A stretch of DNA of 64,000 nucleotides from Azolla caroliniana (taxonomy: Eukaryota; Plantae; Polypodiophyta): contig JBHGNT010000005.1 in NCBI GenBank assembly GCA_043228905.1, positions 496,001 to 560,000 of the forward strand. The letters are read 5' to 3'. How positions within the stretch are numbered: the stretch's first letter is position 1; every line of letters starts with the position of its first letter. The notes under the pieces were generated by a model. That model was not told the origin of the DNA and did no database searches. It saw nothing but the letters and a program-made list of their open reading frames with translations. Of this stretch, positions 1 through 9,550 are shown piece after piece. Made by a program: the position numbers and the translations under genes.

Positions 1-2
1 CT

Positions 3-173
3 CCACATGGTAATATACTTGAAGCAAAAATCTTTGAAGCAAATGGGAAAAAACAGGCTTTGATTCATTTTGAAAATGAAGAACAAGCTGTTGAAGCTCT
101 TGTTTGCAAGCATGCAACTCTCTTTCAAGGCTCTACAATCCGCCTGGCTTTCTCAAAATCTACATCTCTGTAG
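3..173 (+). CDS. PTB3: 3' terminal coding exon (partial) of polypyrimidine tract-binding protein homolog 3, last RRM
   Basis: Frame 3 reads PHGNILEAKIFEANGKKQALIHFENEEQAVEALVCKHATLFQGSTIRLAFSKSTSL*, with TAG at 171-173. This matches the plant PTB3 C-terminal RRM pattern NGKKQALxxFExEExAxEALVCKHA...IRxxFS. The gene starts upstream of the window. Confidence 0.9.
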   Translation, partial: PHGNILEAKIFEANGKKQALIHFENEEQAVEALVCKHATLFQGSTIRLAFSKSTSL

Positions 174-550
174 CTGGGGCAATTTTTTTTTTGGCTTTGT
201 GTTTGCAATCTATCATACTGTATTAGATCATAAACTTCTCCTTTTTTGAATATATATTTATGAGGTGGTTGAAAAATATATAGGTTGTTTTACATATTAG
301 GAGGTAGTAAATTGTTGAGGTCACGTTAGTGTCTAAGATGATGTAGATGTATATTTGAGCAACAAAGTGCTGTTTATGAAACTCTGACTGAGTTCTCAAC
401 ATAAAAGGTGGGTGAAACTGAGAGCACCATATGAAGAATATGAGAATGGTCTCTATGTTTGAAATAGGGTGAAATAAGAGCACTCACAAAGTGCAATGTG
501 AAGAACTGACCTCTTATGAAAACCTGTTATAGGTTTTTGAGGAAATGTCC

Positions 551-860
551 GATATCTGTTGTACTATCCGGTGCAAATTCAATTCATCGTGACTACTGAT
601 AAGTAGGTTAGTCTGATATCTGTCTTAGTATCCAGTGCAAATTCAATTCATCTTATTAGGTACCATGAAAGCTAAATATTCAGTTATTCACCATAAATCG
701 GTATTTTGTAAAACTTAAACTGAAAACTAGGTATCATGACAGCTGAATATATTGTTATTCAACATAAATCCATATTTTGTAAAACTTCAATACTGTATGG
801 TTATAGATTGGGATATCCTAGCCACCCTTGTTATAGATTGGGACAATTATACAGCCATGC
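551..860. repeat. Cluster of short imperfect tandem duplications in the intergenic/3' region
   Basis: GATATCTGT..TATCC.GTGCAAATTCAATTCATC occurs at 551 and 616. GGTA.CATGA.AGCT.AATA...GTTATTCA.CATAAATC..TATTTTGTAAAACTT occurs at ~659 and ~730. GTTATAGATTGGGA occurs at ~800 and ~829. Confidence 0.75.
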
Positions 861-1412
861 AAGCTCATACAAGCCCTTGTCATGCTCAAAAGTTATGCAA
901 ATAAATCTGAACCAAGACAATGCAAAGGTGTTAGAATAGATTGGATACTAGCAATTTTGTCTAGCATGCAGGATCTCACCACCCTTGTCATTTACAGATA
1001 AAGGCCAATATTATCTGCTGTCATACACATGCTTCCCTTGCTTTGATAGATTGAGAGATATTTTGTAGATAGTAGAGATCTCTTGGAAACAAATCATTCC
1101 CAAATTGCTTCCCTTGCATATGCATGTAGAGGATGACCTAAAGATAAGATAAACTAAGTTTCCCAATGATAAAAAACTCATCAAAGCATTCTATACATTT
1201 TAATAAACTGGAGATAGAAATACACTAATGAACAAAGCACCTGAAAATTTTTGCTGCAATGTTGCAGGTACAGTGACATAGGTGTTACTTGTACCTTTAC
1301 ATTGAGAAACGGTCTTCCATGTTATTTCCCTGTGGTTTTTTAGGAAGAAAAATTCCATCGTATGAATTTAACTTTTTTGGCATTTTCTTGCATGTCAGAA
1401 GCTGCAAAAATG

Positions 1413-4400
1413 TTATCTAGGACATACTGTGGCACGACTAATATCCAGTTGTAATACACGATCAAAAGCCAATCTTCCAAGCTTAATATTTCCCCATTTT
1501 CTACAAGCACTTAATAATGCGACCCAAATGACAAGACAATGAGAAGAATCTGGCATCACTCTAATCACTGACATTGCCTTGTCAAAGTCCCCTGCATATC
1601 CAAAAGTGACCACCATGGAAACTAGGTGCTCTAAAGTTGGTAGAATATCATACCTCTTTATCATATTCCAAAACATTATTTCAGCTCCATTAGAAAGTCC
1701 TGAGTGGTTACATGCACTTAAAACACTGAGGAATGTGACCTCATTTGGTGAGAGGCCTTCACTTTGCATCAAGTCAAGGGAATTTAATGCTTCATGACCT
1801 TGCCTTTGTTGAGCATAGCCTGAAATTAGGGAAGACCATGACACTACATCTCGGACTGGAAGTTCTTGAAGTACATTTTGTGCCTTTGTCATAATACCAC
1901 ATTTGGCATACATATCCACCACAGCATTTCCAAGCACAATATCTTTCCCCAATAGTCCCCTATTTACAACCTCTCTGTGAATTTCTCTGCCCTTTTGTAC
2001 GGCTCCCACGTTGCCACAAGCCTTCAAGATGGAGGAAAAGGTCACCCTATCGGCAAAGATCCCTTCTAATTTCATGGAGTCAACACAATTTAGAATTTCA
2101 TAAAGTTGACCATGCGCAGCATATCCCGCAATTAGAGTATTCCATGCAACTAAATCTTGAATAGGACAATCCTCAAGCACTTTCTGTGCTTTTTGAAGTG
2201 AACCACAATTTGTGTACATATCCACCAAGGCAGTGACAAGCATAATATCTTTGTCTAGCATGCCACTAGTTATTTTCTCATGAATTTGCTTACCCTTATC
2301 AATATTTTTTGTGTCACAACAAGCCCTCAAGATACAAATGTATGTGACTACATCTGGAGAGATGCCCTCACTTTGCATCAATTCAAGACAAACCATTGGC
2401 TCATCATAGCGTCCCCTTTGCACATAATTTCCAATCATTGTATTCCAAGAAACTACGTCTCTGATAGGAAGTTCTTCAAGCACTTCAAGTGCTTTTTCAG
2501 GCCTGGAACATTTGCTATACATATCCAACAAAGCATTTCCAACTCTAATATCCTTCTCTAGAAAACCCCTACATAGAATGTCTTGGTGAATTTGTTTCCC
2601 TCTGTCAATCTCTCCTATACAAGAACAAGCCTTCAGGATGCAGACAAAGGTGATTGTATCTGGAGAGATTCCTTCACTTTGCATGTATTCAAAACAGTCA
2701 AATACTTCATTAACTTGCCCATGGGTGTTATATCCAGTAATCAATGTATTCCACGTGACTGTGTCCCGAACAGGAAGCTCTTCAAGCACCTCTTGTGCTA
2801 TTTTGAACACACCACATTTAGCATACAAATCAACCAAAGCATTGCCAAGCACAACATCTTTCTCGAAAAATCCCCTATTTACGATGTGCTTGTGAATTTG
2901 TTTTCCCTTTTCTAAATTGCTTGCACTTACACAAGCCTTCAAGATGCAAAGGAAGGTCAACAGATCTACAGATAGGCCCTCACTTTGCATTTGCTCAAAA
3001 CAGTTAAATGCTTCCTCACATCGGCCATATTGGGCATACCCTGTAATTATTGAATTCCACAATACTACATCATGAAGAGGAAGTTCTTCAATCACCTTTT
3101 GTGCTTTTGAAAATCTACCACATTTGGCATACATATCTACTAACGCCTTACCAATCCTAAACTCCTTCTCAAGTAAACACCTACTGACAATTTTTTCATG
3201 AATTATTGTCCCCTTAACTATGGATCCGGTATTTGCACAAGCTTTCAAACTGGAAATAAAGGCGATTGCATCTAATGAGAGGCCCTCCAATTGCATCCGC
3301 TCGAAACAATCTAGTGCTTCAAAATATTTTCCATGCTGAACAAATCCTGACATTATTGCATTCCAAGTAACTCCATCTCGATCACAAATCTCCTCAAACA
3401 CTTCTTGTGCTCTTGCAAGCATACCACATTTGGCATACATATCCACCAAAGCATTTCCAAGCAGAATATGCTTCCCCAAAAAACCTGCGCTTTTAATCTC
3501 TTCGTGCAGTAGCACACCTTCACCTATAGCTCTTGTGGTGCCACAAGCCTTCAAGATAGAAACGTAAGTGACCACATCTGGAGAGAGGCCTTCACTTTGC
3601 ATAAATTCAAAACACTTCAGTGCTTCATTGCATTCCCCATGTTCTGCATACCCTGCAATCAGAGCTGACCAAGTTACTGCATCTCGGATCGGAAGCTCTT
3701 TAACCACCTTCCTTGCGCTTTGAAGCATCCCACATTTTGCATACATATCCACCAAAGCATTACCAAGTATGATATCCTTCTCTAGCAAGCAAGTACTCAA
3801 AATCTTTATGTGAATTTGTTTGCCCTTCTCGATAGCAATTACACTACTACATGCATTCAACACAGATGTGAGAATGATGGCATCCGGTGAAAGACCCTCA
3901 CTTTCCATGCGTACAAAGCATTCTAGTGCATTGTGACCTTTCTCCATCTGAGCATACCCTGTAATTAGTACTGACCAAGAAACAACATTTCGAATTTGTA
4001 GTTCTCTGAGAACTTCCTCTGCTCTTGAAAGCTCGCCACATTTAACATACATATCAACCAATGCAGTACCCAGGACAACATCCTTCTCCAACAAGCCCCT
4101 GCTGGCAATCTTGTCATGGATTTTCTTGCCCTTGTTGATATCTTGTATATTGCCATAAACCCTTAAAATGCAAGTGAAAGTTACTGCATTTGGACAGAGA
4201 CCTTCACTTTGCATTTGTTCAAAATAGTTTAAAGCTTCATGGACTTTTCCTTGGTGAGAATAAGCTGCTATAAGAGAATTCCAAGTCACTACGTTTTGAA
4301 CTGGAAGTTTGTCAAACACCTCTACTGCTTTTTCAAGATCGCCACTCTTTGCATACATACTTATCAAAGTGCTACCTAGATAAGGGTTTTTCTCAAGTAA

Positions 4401-4670
4401 CCCTCTATCTAGAATATGTACATGCAGTCTAGATCCTTGAAAAAGGTCCTTCCTCTTGGCACAAGCCTTGAGTAAGACTACAAGATTGTACTCCTCGTCA
4501 TTAATATCCTTCCCATGAAAATCCATGAACTGTTGATGTTTTGATGGAAAATCTTTCCTTCTTCTTAACTCTTCTTGAAGCCAAGAAGGATTGTAACATC
4601 CATAAGTTGTAAGAGATTCATCAGTAATTTTGTTTCTAAAGTTTGAAGATTTCGAAAGATTCTGTTTCAA
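1413..4670 (-). CDS. PLS-class pentatricopeptide repeat protein with E domain and no DYW; putative organellar RNA-editing specificity factor
   Basis: 1085-codon intronless ORF made of ~102-aa P-L-S triplets (GNALVDMYAKCG..AxxVxEELPxRD / VVSWxxLIxGYAQxG..ALxCFExMQSEGLSPD / VTFxCILKAC..xxGKQIH), then an E1 motif (WVALLSACRKWGNIKLGRLAFD). The ORF-track start is TTG; the first in-frame ATG is at 4526, and an upstream exon is possible. Confidence 0.95.
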   Translation of the reverse strand: MKQNLSKSSNFRNKITDESLTTYGCYNPSWLQEELRRRKDFPSKHQQFMDFHGKDINDEEYNLVVLLKACAKRKDLFQGSRLHVHILDRGLLEKNPYLGSTLISMYAKSGDLEKAVEVFDKLPVQNVVTWNSLIAAYSHQGKVHEALNYFEQMQSEGLCPNAVTFTCILRVYGNIQDINKGKKIHDKIASRGLLEKDVVLGTALVDMYVKCGELSRAEEVLRELQIRNVVSWSVLITGYAQMEKGHNALECFVRMESEGLSPDAIILTSVLNACSSVIAIEKGKQIHIKILSTCLLEKDIILGNALVDMYAKCGMLQSARKVVKELPIRDAVTWSALIAGYAEHGECNEALKCFEFMQSEGLSPDVVTYVSILKACGTTRAIGEGVLLHEEIKSAGFLGKHILLGNALVDMYAKCGMLARAQEVFEEICDRDGVTWNAIMSGFVQHGKYFEALDCFERMQLEGLSLDAIAFISSLKACANTGSIVKGTIIHEKIVSRCLLEKEFRIGKALVDMYAKCGRFSKAQKVIEELPLHDVVLWNSIITGYAQYGRCEEAFNCFEQMQSEGLSVDLLTFLCILKACVSASNLEKGKQIHKHIVNRGFFEKDVVLGNALVDLYAKCGVFKIAQEVLEELPVRDTVTWNTLITGYNTHGQVNEVFDCFEYMQSEGISPDTITFVCILKACSCIGEIDRGKQIHQDILCRGFLEKDIRVGNALLDMYSKCSRPEKALEVLEELPIRDVVSWNTMIGNYVQRGRYDEPMVCLELMQSEGISPDVVTYICILRACCDTKNIDKGKQIHEKITSGMLDKDIMLVTALVDMYTNCGSLQKAQKVLEDCPIQDLVAWNTLIAGYAAHGQLYEILNCVDSMKLEGIFADRVTFSSILKACGNVGAVQKGREIHREVVNRGLLGKDIVLGNAVVDMYAKCGIMTKAQNVLQELPVRDVVSWSSLISGYAQQRQGHEALNSLDLMQSEGLSPNEVTFLSVLSACNHSGLSNGAEIMFWNMIKRYDILPTLEHLVSMVVTFGYAGDFDKAMSVIRVMPDSSHCLVIWVALLSACRKWGNIKLGRLAFDRVLQLDISRATVCPR

Positions 4671-4884
4671 AACAACAAGTATTAATGTCCCATCGACAAA
4701 TGTGTGGAATATATGCTGTGAGTCTAGACTTTAAGCGGGTAGGAATAGTTATTATATTTTTGAGAGTCATGCAACCAAAGTGATACCTGAGGATGGGAAG
4801 CGAGATTGATGCTATTCAACCTTATGGTGGTCCAAGTGTTGCTTTATTGAGTGGAAGTGTTGCTTTATTCTCACTTAGTGCACA

Positions 4885-5620
4885 GAATGAAATAGAGAAA
4901 ACCCAAAAAAATGTTCTTATCTAGCCAACCTGGGATAAATCCCTCAACATCCTATCCAATCATGCTATTAGAAACAGGTGCTTCAGTCATAGAGGTACTA
5001 ACCATGCAAAGAGTATACAAGTATATCGCAAAAGGCAAGAATACGCCTGATCATAAATTGTCCAAACAAGCTTGGAACATAGGATGCAAAGTACAAAAAA
5101 CTAACAAGAGCAAAACCCTCTTATCTGGCTGTGTGCTTGACAGTACGAAATGGTTTAAGAGATGGAGAGTAAAGGATCAATTGGAGCTCTTTGTTGATGT
5201 TATGAAGATGTAATCATCAAGAATAGATTTCTAGAGGCACTAAGGATGAATATATTACACTGTAAATACTAAACCCTGACACAAGGAAAAAAATGCCAGA
5301 ACATATCCACCTGTATATCACTACCACCATGAACCTTGGCTTTAGGAGAGTCTTGACACTTCTTCTAACTCGCTCACACAAGTTAGGTGTTGAGGTAGCA
5401 CCATGGGATCATCACGCAAACATGAAGATATGCAATGACAAGATAGTGGAGGATGAATATCACTTACTTATTGCACGCCCAACATATAAGGTAATTTGTG
5501 AGAAATACAATGACTAGTTAAACGGACATGATAATGTGAGTGTCATACTTTAAACTCCACCAAGAAAAGTGAGCACATATGTGTGTATATTATTTTCACA
5601 TTGAAAGGTTTCACTACAAA
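4885..5620 (+). mobile_element. Decayed 3' part of an RTE/RTEX-like LINE (post-RT region and CCHC-type zinc motif)
   Basis: Translates to MLLETGASVIE...HKLSKQAW and LLTRSHKLGVEVAPW...KICN..IVEDEYHLLIARPTYKVICEKY, matching the SHxLxIExGRW..C..C..EDExH...CPxY C-terminus of these LINEs. Contains stops and frameshifts. Confidence 0.75.
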
Positions 5621-5779
5621 GTAGTAACCCAGCATGTACCTGATATTAATCACTACATATAAAATCTGTATGGCCTCAAAATAGAAAAAATATTCGGAGA
5701 ACAAGAGTGGCAAGTATTTGCCCAGAGGGTTTGGAAAGTTACACATGAGTATGTAAGTATGATGAATACAAAAGATATA

Positions 5780-6503
5780 TATGGCTTGAGTCCAATCACT
5801 ATAGTTTGTATGAGCTAGATCGTAATGATCTTTTTTCCAATGTGTGACATTCTTAGAAATCAGAAGATTGGAAAAGTGCTAGTTGTGGAAGATTCTAATG
5901 CAAGAGTTGGATCTTATCAAAATTTGAAAGTTGATGATAATGAAATAGTGTCAGATTTGACACATGACTTAAAATATTGTATTATACTTACACATTGCAA
6001 TCTCCTGATTGGCCTTATTTTGGCCTCTCTCTCTCTCTCTCTCTCTCTGTTGCACCTAACTACAAAACCATATTCTTCACAGAACGGGGAAACCGTACAC
6101 AACGATACATGTTAGAGCCCATCCCATTGTTTGCCATTTGAACCATTGCTTCCATGCGACTTAGCTCACATGCATTGCGATGTGAGACAGGGCGTTGAGG
6201 CACAAGTAATGAGGGTTGTTGACTATGCACACTTTGCCCTAAACAAGTTCGAGAGTCTGAGTATCACACTTTGATACAATGCTCTGCCTTTGATCTTATT
6301 CGACCAAGCCCAATCCTTGCACGAATTTCTCTCACAAACACAATCAGCACTCTCAATTGCAACATTCATTGGTAAAGTTCTTGAACATCGAGAGTCGCTA
6401 CTCACTTTCACATGTATCATGTGAATTGTAATATCTTTGGTCTCATAGGTCATATTAAACCTGTGAAGACGATAATAGAATCTATCTATCTATCTACCTA
6501 TCC

Positions 6504-6547
<44 letters not shown>

Positions 6548-8420
6548 GGGCTTGGGAAGACAAATAGTTTCTAGTCTTGGGAAGTGCACATGGATTTATG
6601 ATATAGAATGGATTATCATAATGGCCCAGATCAAATGTTTTGACATGTTGGAACCCAAAACGAGGTGCAAGCATAGTCCATTACCTGATGGGATCTCCAT
6701 CTCTTATACCTGAAATAATAGAGTTCACTATAACTATTCGCTTGATATCAAATCATGCATATCTACGTTTTGAGGTGAAGGATGGAATATACCAGTCCTC
6801 TTGATGAACAGAACATACCATGGTGCCAATCCTCAAGAGTATACTGGTCCCCTTGATGTTGAGAAACTATAGGACAATCATGATTGATCATTAATTGGAT
6901 AAACTATATGGTTCAATCCTAGAGTCAGAATTGAGTATACCAACAGAGCAACTGGAAAAAGAAGGCTGTTGGAAGGGGTTCCAAAAAGCCTTTGACACTG
7001 TGCTGTGTGCTTGGCTTATGCAACAGCTAGAAGCTCGTAGTGTCCCTATAGATATGCAATGGGGAAGCTATGCACTGTATGAATCTGTGTCAGAAAAAGT
7101 GCAGTCTCCCAATAGTTTGTTAGAAGCTGTGGCTAACACAATTGGAGTAAACCAAGGATGCCCACTCTCACGCACACTCTTGGGTCTCTATATAGATGTG
7201 GCATCACATCATATAGAGAGATTCAGGGGTTTGGGAGCATGCCTAACAGCTATAGCCATACAAGTATTACTATATGATTATGATATTGTGCTGATTTCTG
7301 ACTCTCTACAGGGACTAAGACATCCAAACGCCTCAAAAGTATTTTGTATGGACACGCTTTTGTAAATCACCAGAATGGGAAACAAGGTCAGAACCAGAAT
7401 TCTTCTTGGGAGAGGAAAAGGTGGCTTACACACACTCCTACACATCTTAGGAGTAACTTTACGGGGCCTAGGTTCTCCTTATGCCCAACTTTCTCATGGA
7501 TATGCAGCCCACATGATAAGGAGCAAATCTGCCCCATGATATACTTTGGGCCAGAGAAAGGAGCAGCCCCTATTATCATTGAGGCATTATCCCGATCAGT
7601 GACCTGTATCCAGCGGTTTTGGGAGCTCCCTAAAGGAAGGTACTCAAGGTGACCAAAATATCACTTATTTGGAAGATAACCCACTATAAGACACTTTTTA
7701 CACACATCGGAAGATAGATTTATCATCGTGCCATATTTATTATATGCACATGCATTATCCTATCAGCTGCACAATGTGATATTTCAGCTGAAAAGTTCAT
7801 CACATCAATTAGAGATTGAGATAGGCAGATATGCATGAATACCTCTAGAAGAAAGAGTTTGCCAATTGTGTCATCAGGGAGTGGAACCTGAAGAACACTA
7901 TGTCAGTGCAGTGCTTTTATGAAACAAGAGGCTTTAGCCCACTACACAAGGTAATTGAATATGACGACCAATGGTGCTTGGGGCTTTTCTTGGTAAATCT
8001 CAAGAGACACAAGGAAAAGTTGTTGAAGGACAACAATATAGCGACAGACGCTCATCAACAAAGAACAATCACCACTTTATTTAGCCCTATCACTCCTACT
8101 CATCCTATAAGTCAATCAAAGGCTACACAAATGGACTATTGACCAACACATAACGTAGGGGTTACAATAGATCGAACAATAGCAATTTGTCATGCATGTA
8201 GGCCTCGGTCCTGTGGACCATGATCTCACCATCATTGTCATTGACAAATAAAGACCATCATCTCCAACCATCGTAAGTGCTTCCCTCACTTCGGAGACCT
8301 CTCCATTCTGGATTGACGTATGCGAGAGATCTTTCGAAGACAAATTACAATACATTTGACTTTAGAATCTTACATGTACCAAAAAAAGGCTCTTTAGTCT
8401 CTTTTTATCTTATTTACTTT
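5780..8420 (+). mobile_element. Decayed RTE/RTEX-like LINE (endonuclease remnants, RT, C-terminal zinc motif), interrupted at ~6024-6547
   Basis: EN remnants: VLVVEDSNARVG (~5880) and GASIVHYLMGS...SNHAYLRFE (~6665-6775). RT motifs: NYRTIMI, FQKAFDTV, IGVNQGCPLSRTLLGLYID, LLYDYDIVLIS (6860-7320). Zinc motif: SSHQLEIEIGRY..PLEERVCQLCHQGVEPEEH (~7795-7900). Confidence 0.85.
6481..6547. repeat. Compound microsatellite (CTAT)n-(CT)n-(TA)n
   Basis: Directly visible. A second (CT)n tract lies at ~6024-6047. Confidence 0.95.
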
Positions 8421-8599
8421 TTTTACTTGGTAAAATTTACTTATTTTGATTTTTTATTCTCAAAGATGAGTCAACACTTAAGATGTAATCTCTTGTTTGG
8501 TTTTATAGGCCATTTTGGCCTCTTAAAAGATGTTAATATATTATTAATATAATTTTCTTTCTTTCTTCCTCTTTCTGGGTATTTGGAGATACCTTGAAA

Positions 8600-9550
8600 A
8601 ACACAATTATTGGTATGTATATAAAGACCCATGAATGCATGGCTAGTAAACTCCCATATGTATACGGATATAGATGGGAATCAGTATGTCATCCCCACCC
8701 ACGGATGCCAAGAAGCATTAGAGGCTCTAGAGGAGTGGATCTATTGTATAAAAAGGAGTTCCACGATAGAGTGCAGGTTGTGCATGAGGATGTAGATGCA
8801 CATTATACGGGGATATGAATAAACAAAGGGTAGGTATGCATCGAATGAGACAGGTAGGTATTGGCGCCTTTCTCTCTATAAAGGAGGGGAAGAGGATTCA
8901 TTTAGGAGTATGACAATTTTGTATTTTGGGAGCTTGACTCTAGGAGCTTTGTTGTCGAGGTATATTTTTATTTAGTTTTTACTTCTTCTCCATCACCCTC
9001 TTCTACTTTGAGGGTTTTGTTGTCTTCATCATAACCGAGCTCATTGCACGTTGACGACTTTGCTAATCTCACTTCATTGACGCTTATTGCCTGTTAATTA
9101 ACCTAAGCCATCGTGTGTGTATGTGTGAGACCATTGTGTGTGTATGTGTGAGCGTGTCATGTGCATTAGTGCTAATCTTGTGTGATTGACGCCTATCGCG
9201 TGTTGATTACCCTAAGCCATTGTGTGTGTATGTGTGAGAGTGAGGAGGGTTATGTGGTTGCTGCTAGGCAAGCCTTCGGCTCTCTTCGTTCACCTCAGGA
9301 GTCTCCACCTCCCTCCTACGTTCACCTCTGAATGTTTGCCTCCTTTGTTTGCCGAATCAAGTGATTTGCCACGTAACCCTGGTCTAAACTATGGCACATG
9401 AAAGGAGCGGATTTTCATAGGGAAACTTACAGAGGGGATTTAGAGGCCCTTCTCACACATCTTCATATTCCCCTTGGTCCAAGACCCTAGTGGTCTCGCT
9501 CGAGTAGCATACGCACACACGTTTATGCGACACGTTTAAGTGGAGTCCAT
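8600..9550. mobile_element. LTR-like sequence, boundaries unresolved
   Basis: TATA-like CTATAAAGGAG at ~8876 and an internal ~110-bp direct repeat (TGCTAATCT...TTGACGC.TAT.GC.TGTT.ATTA.CCTAAGCCAT.GTGTGTGTATGTGTGAGA at ~9061 and ~9170). No coding signal, and no convincing TSD was found. Confidence 0.4.

Noticed and set aside
1579-2915. Plus-strand ORFs overlapping the PPR gene
   Set aside because: These are antisense shadows of a repetitive coding sequence with no independent protein features.
4527-4670. TTG start of the PPR ORF as the true initiation site
   Set aside because: This is a prokaryote-style start from the ORF track. The first ATG is at 4526, or an unseen upstream exon is used.
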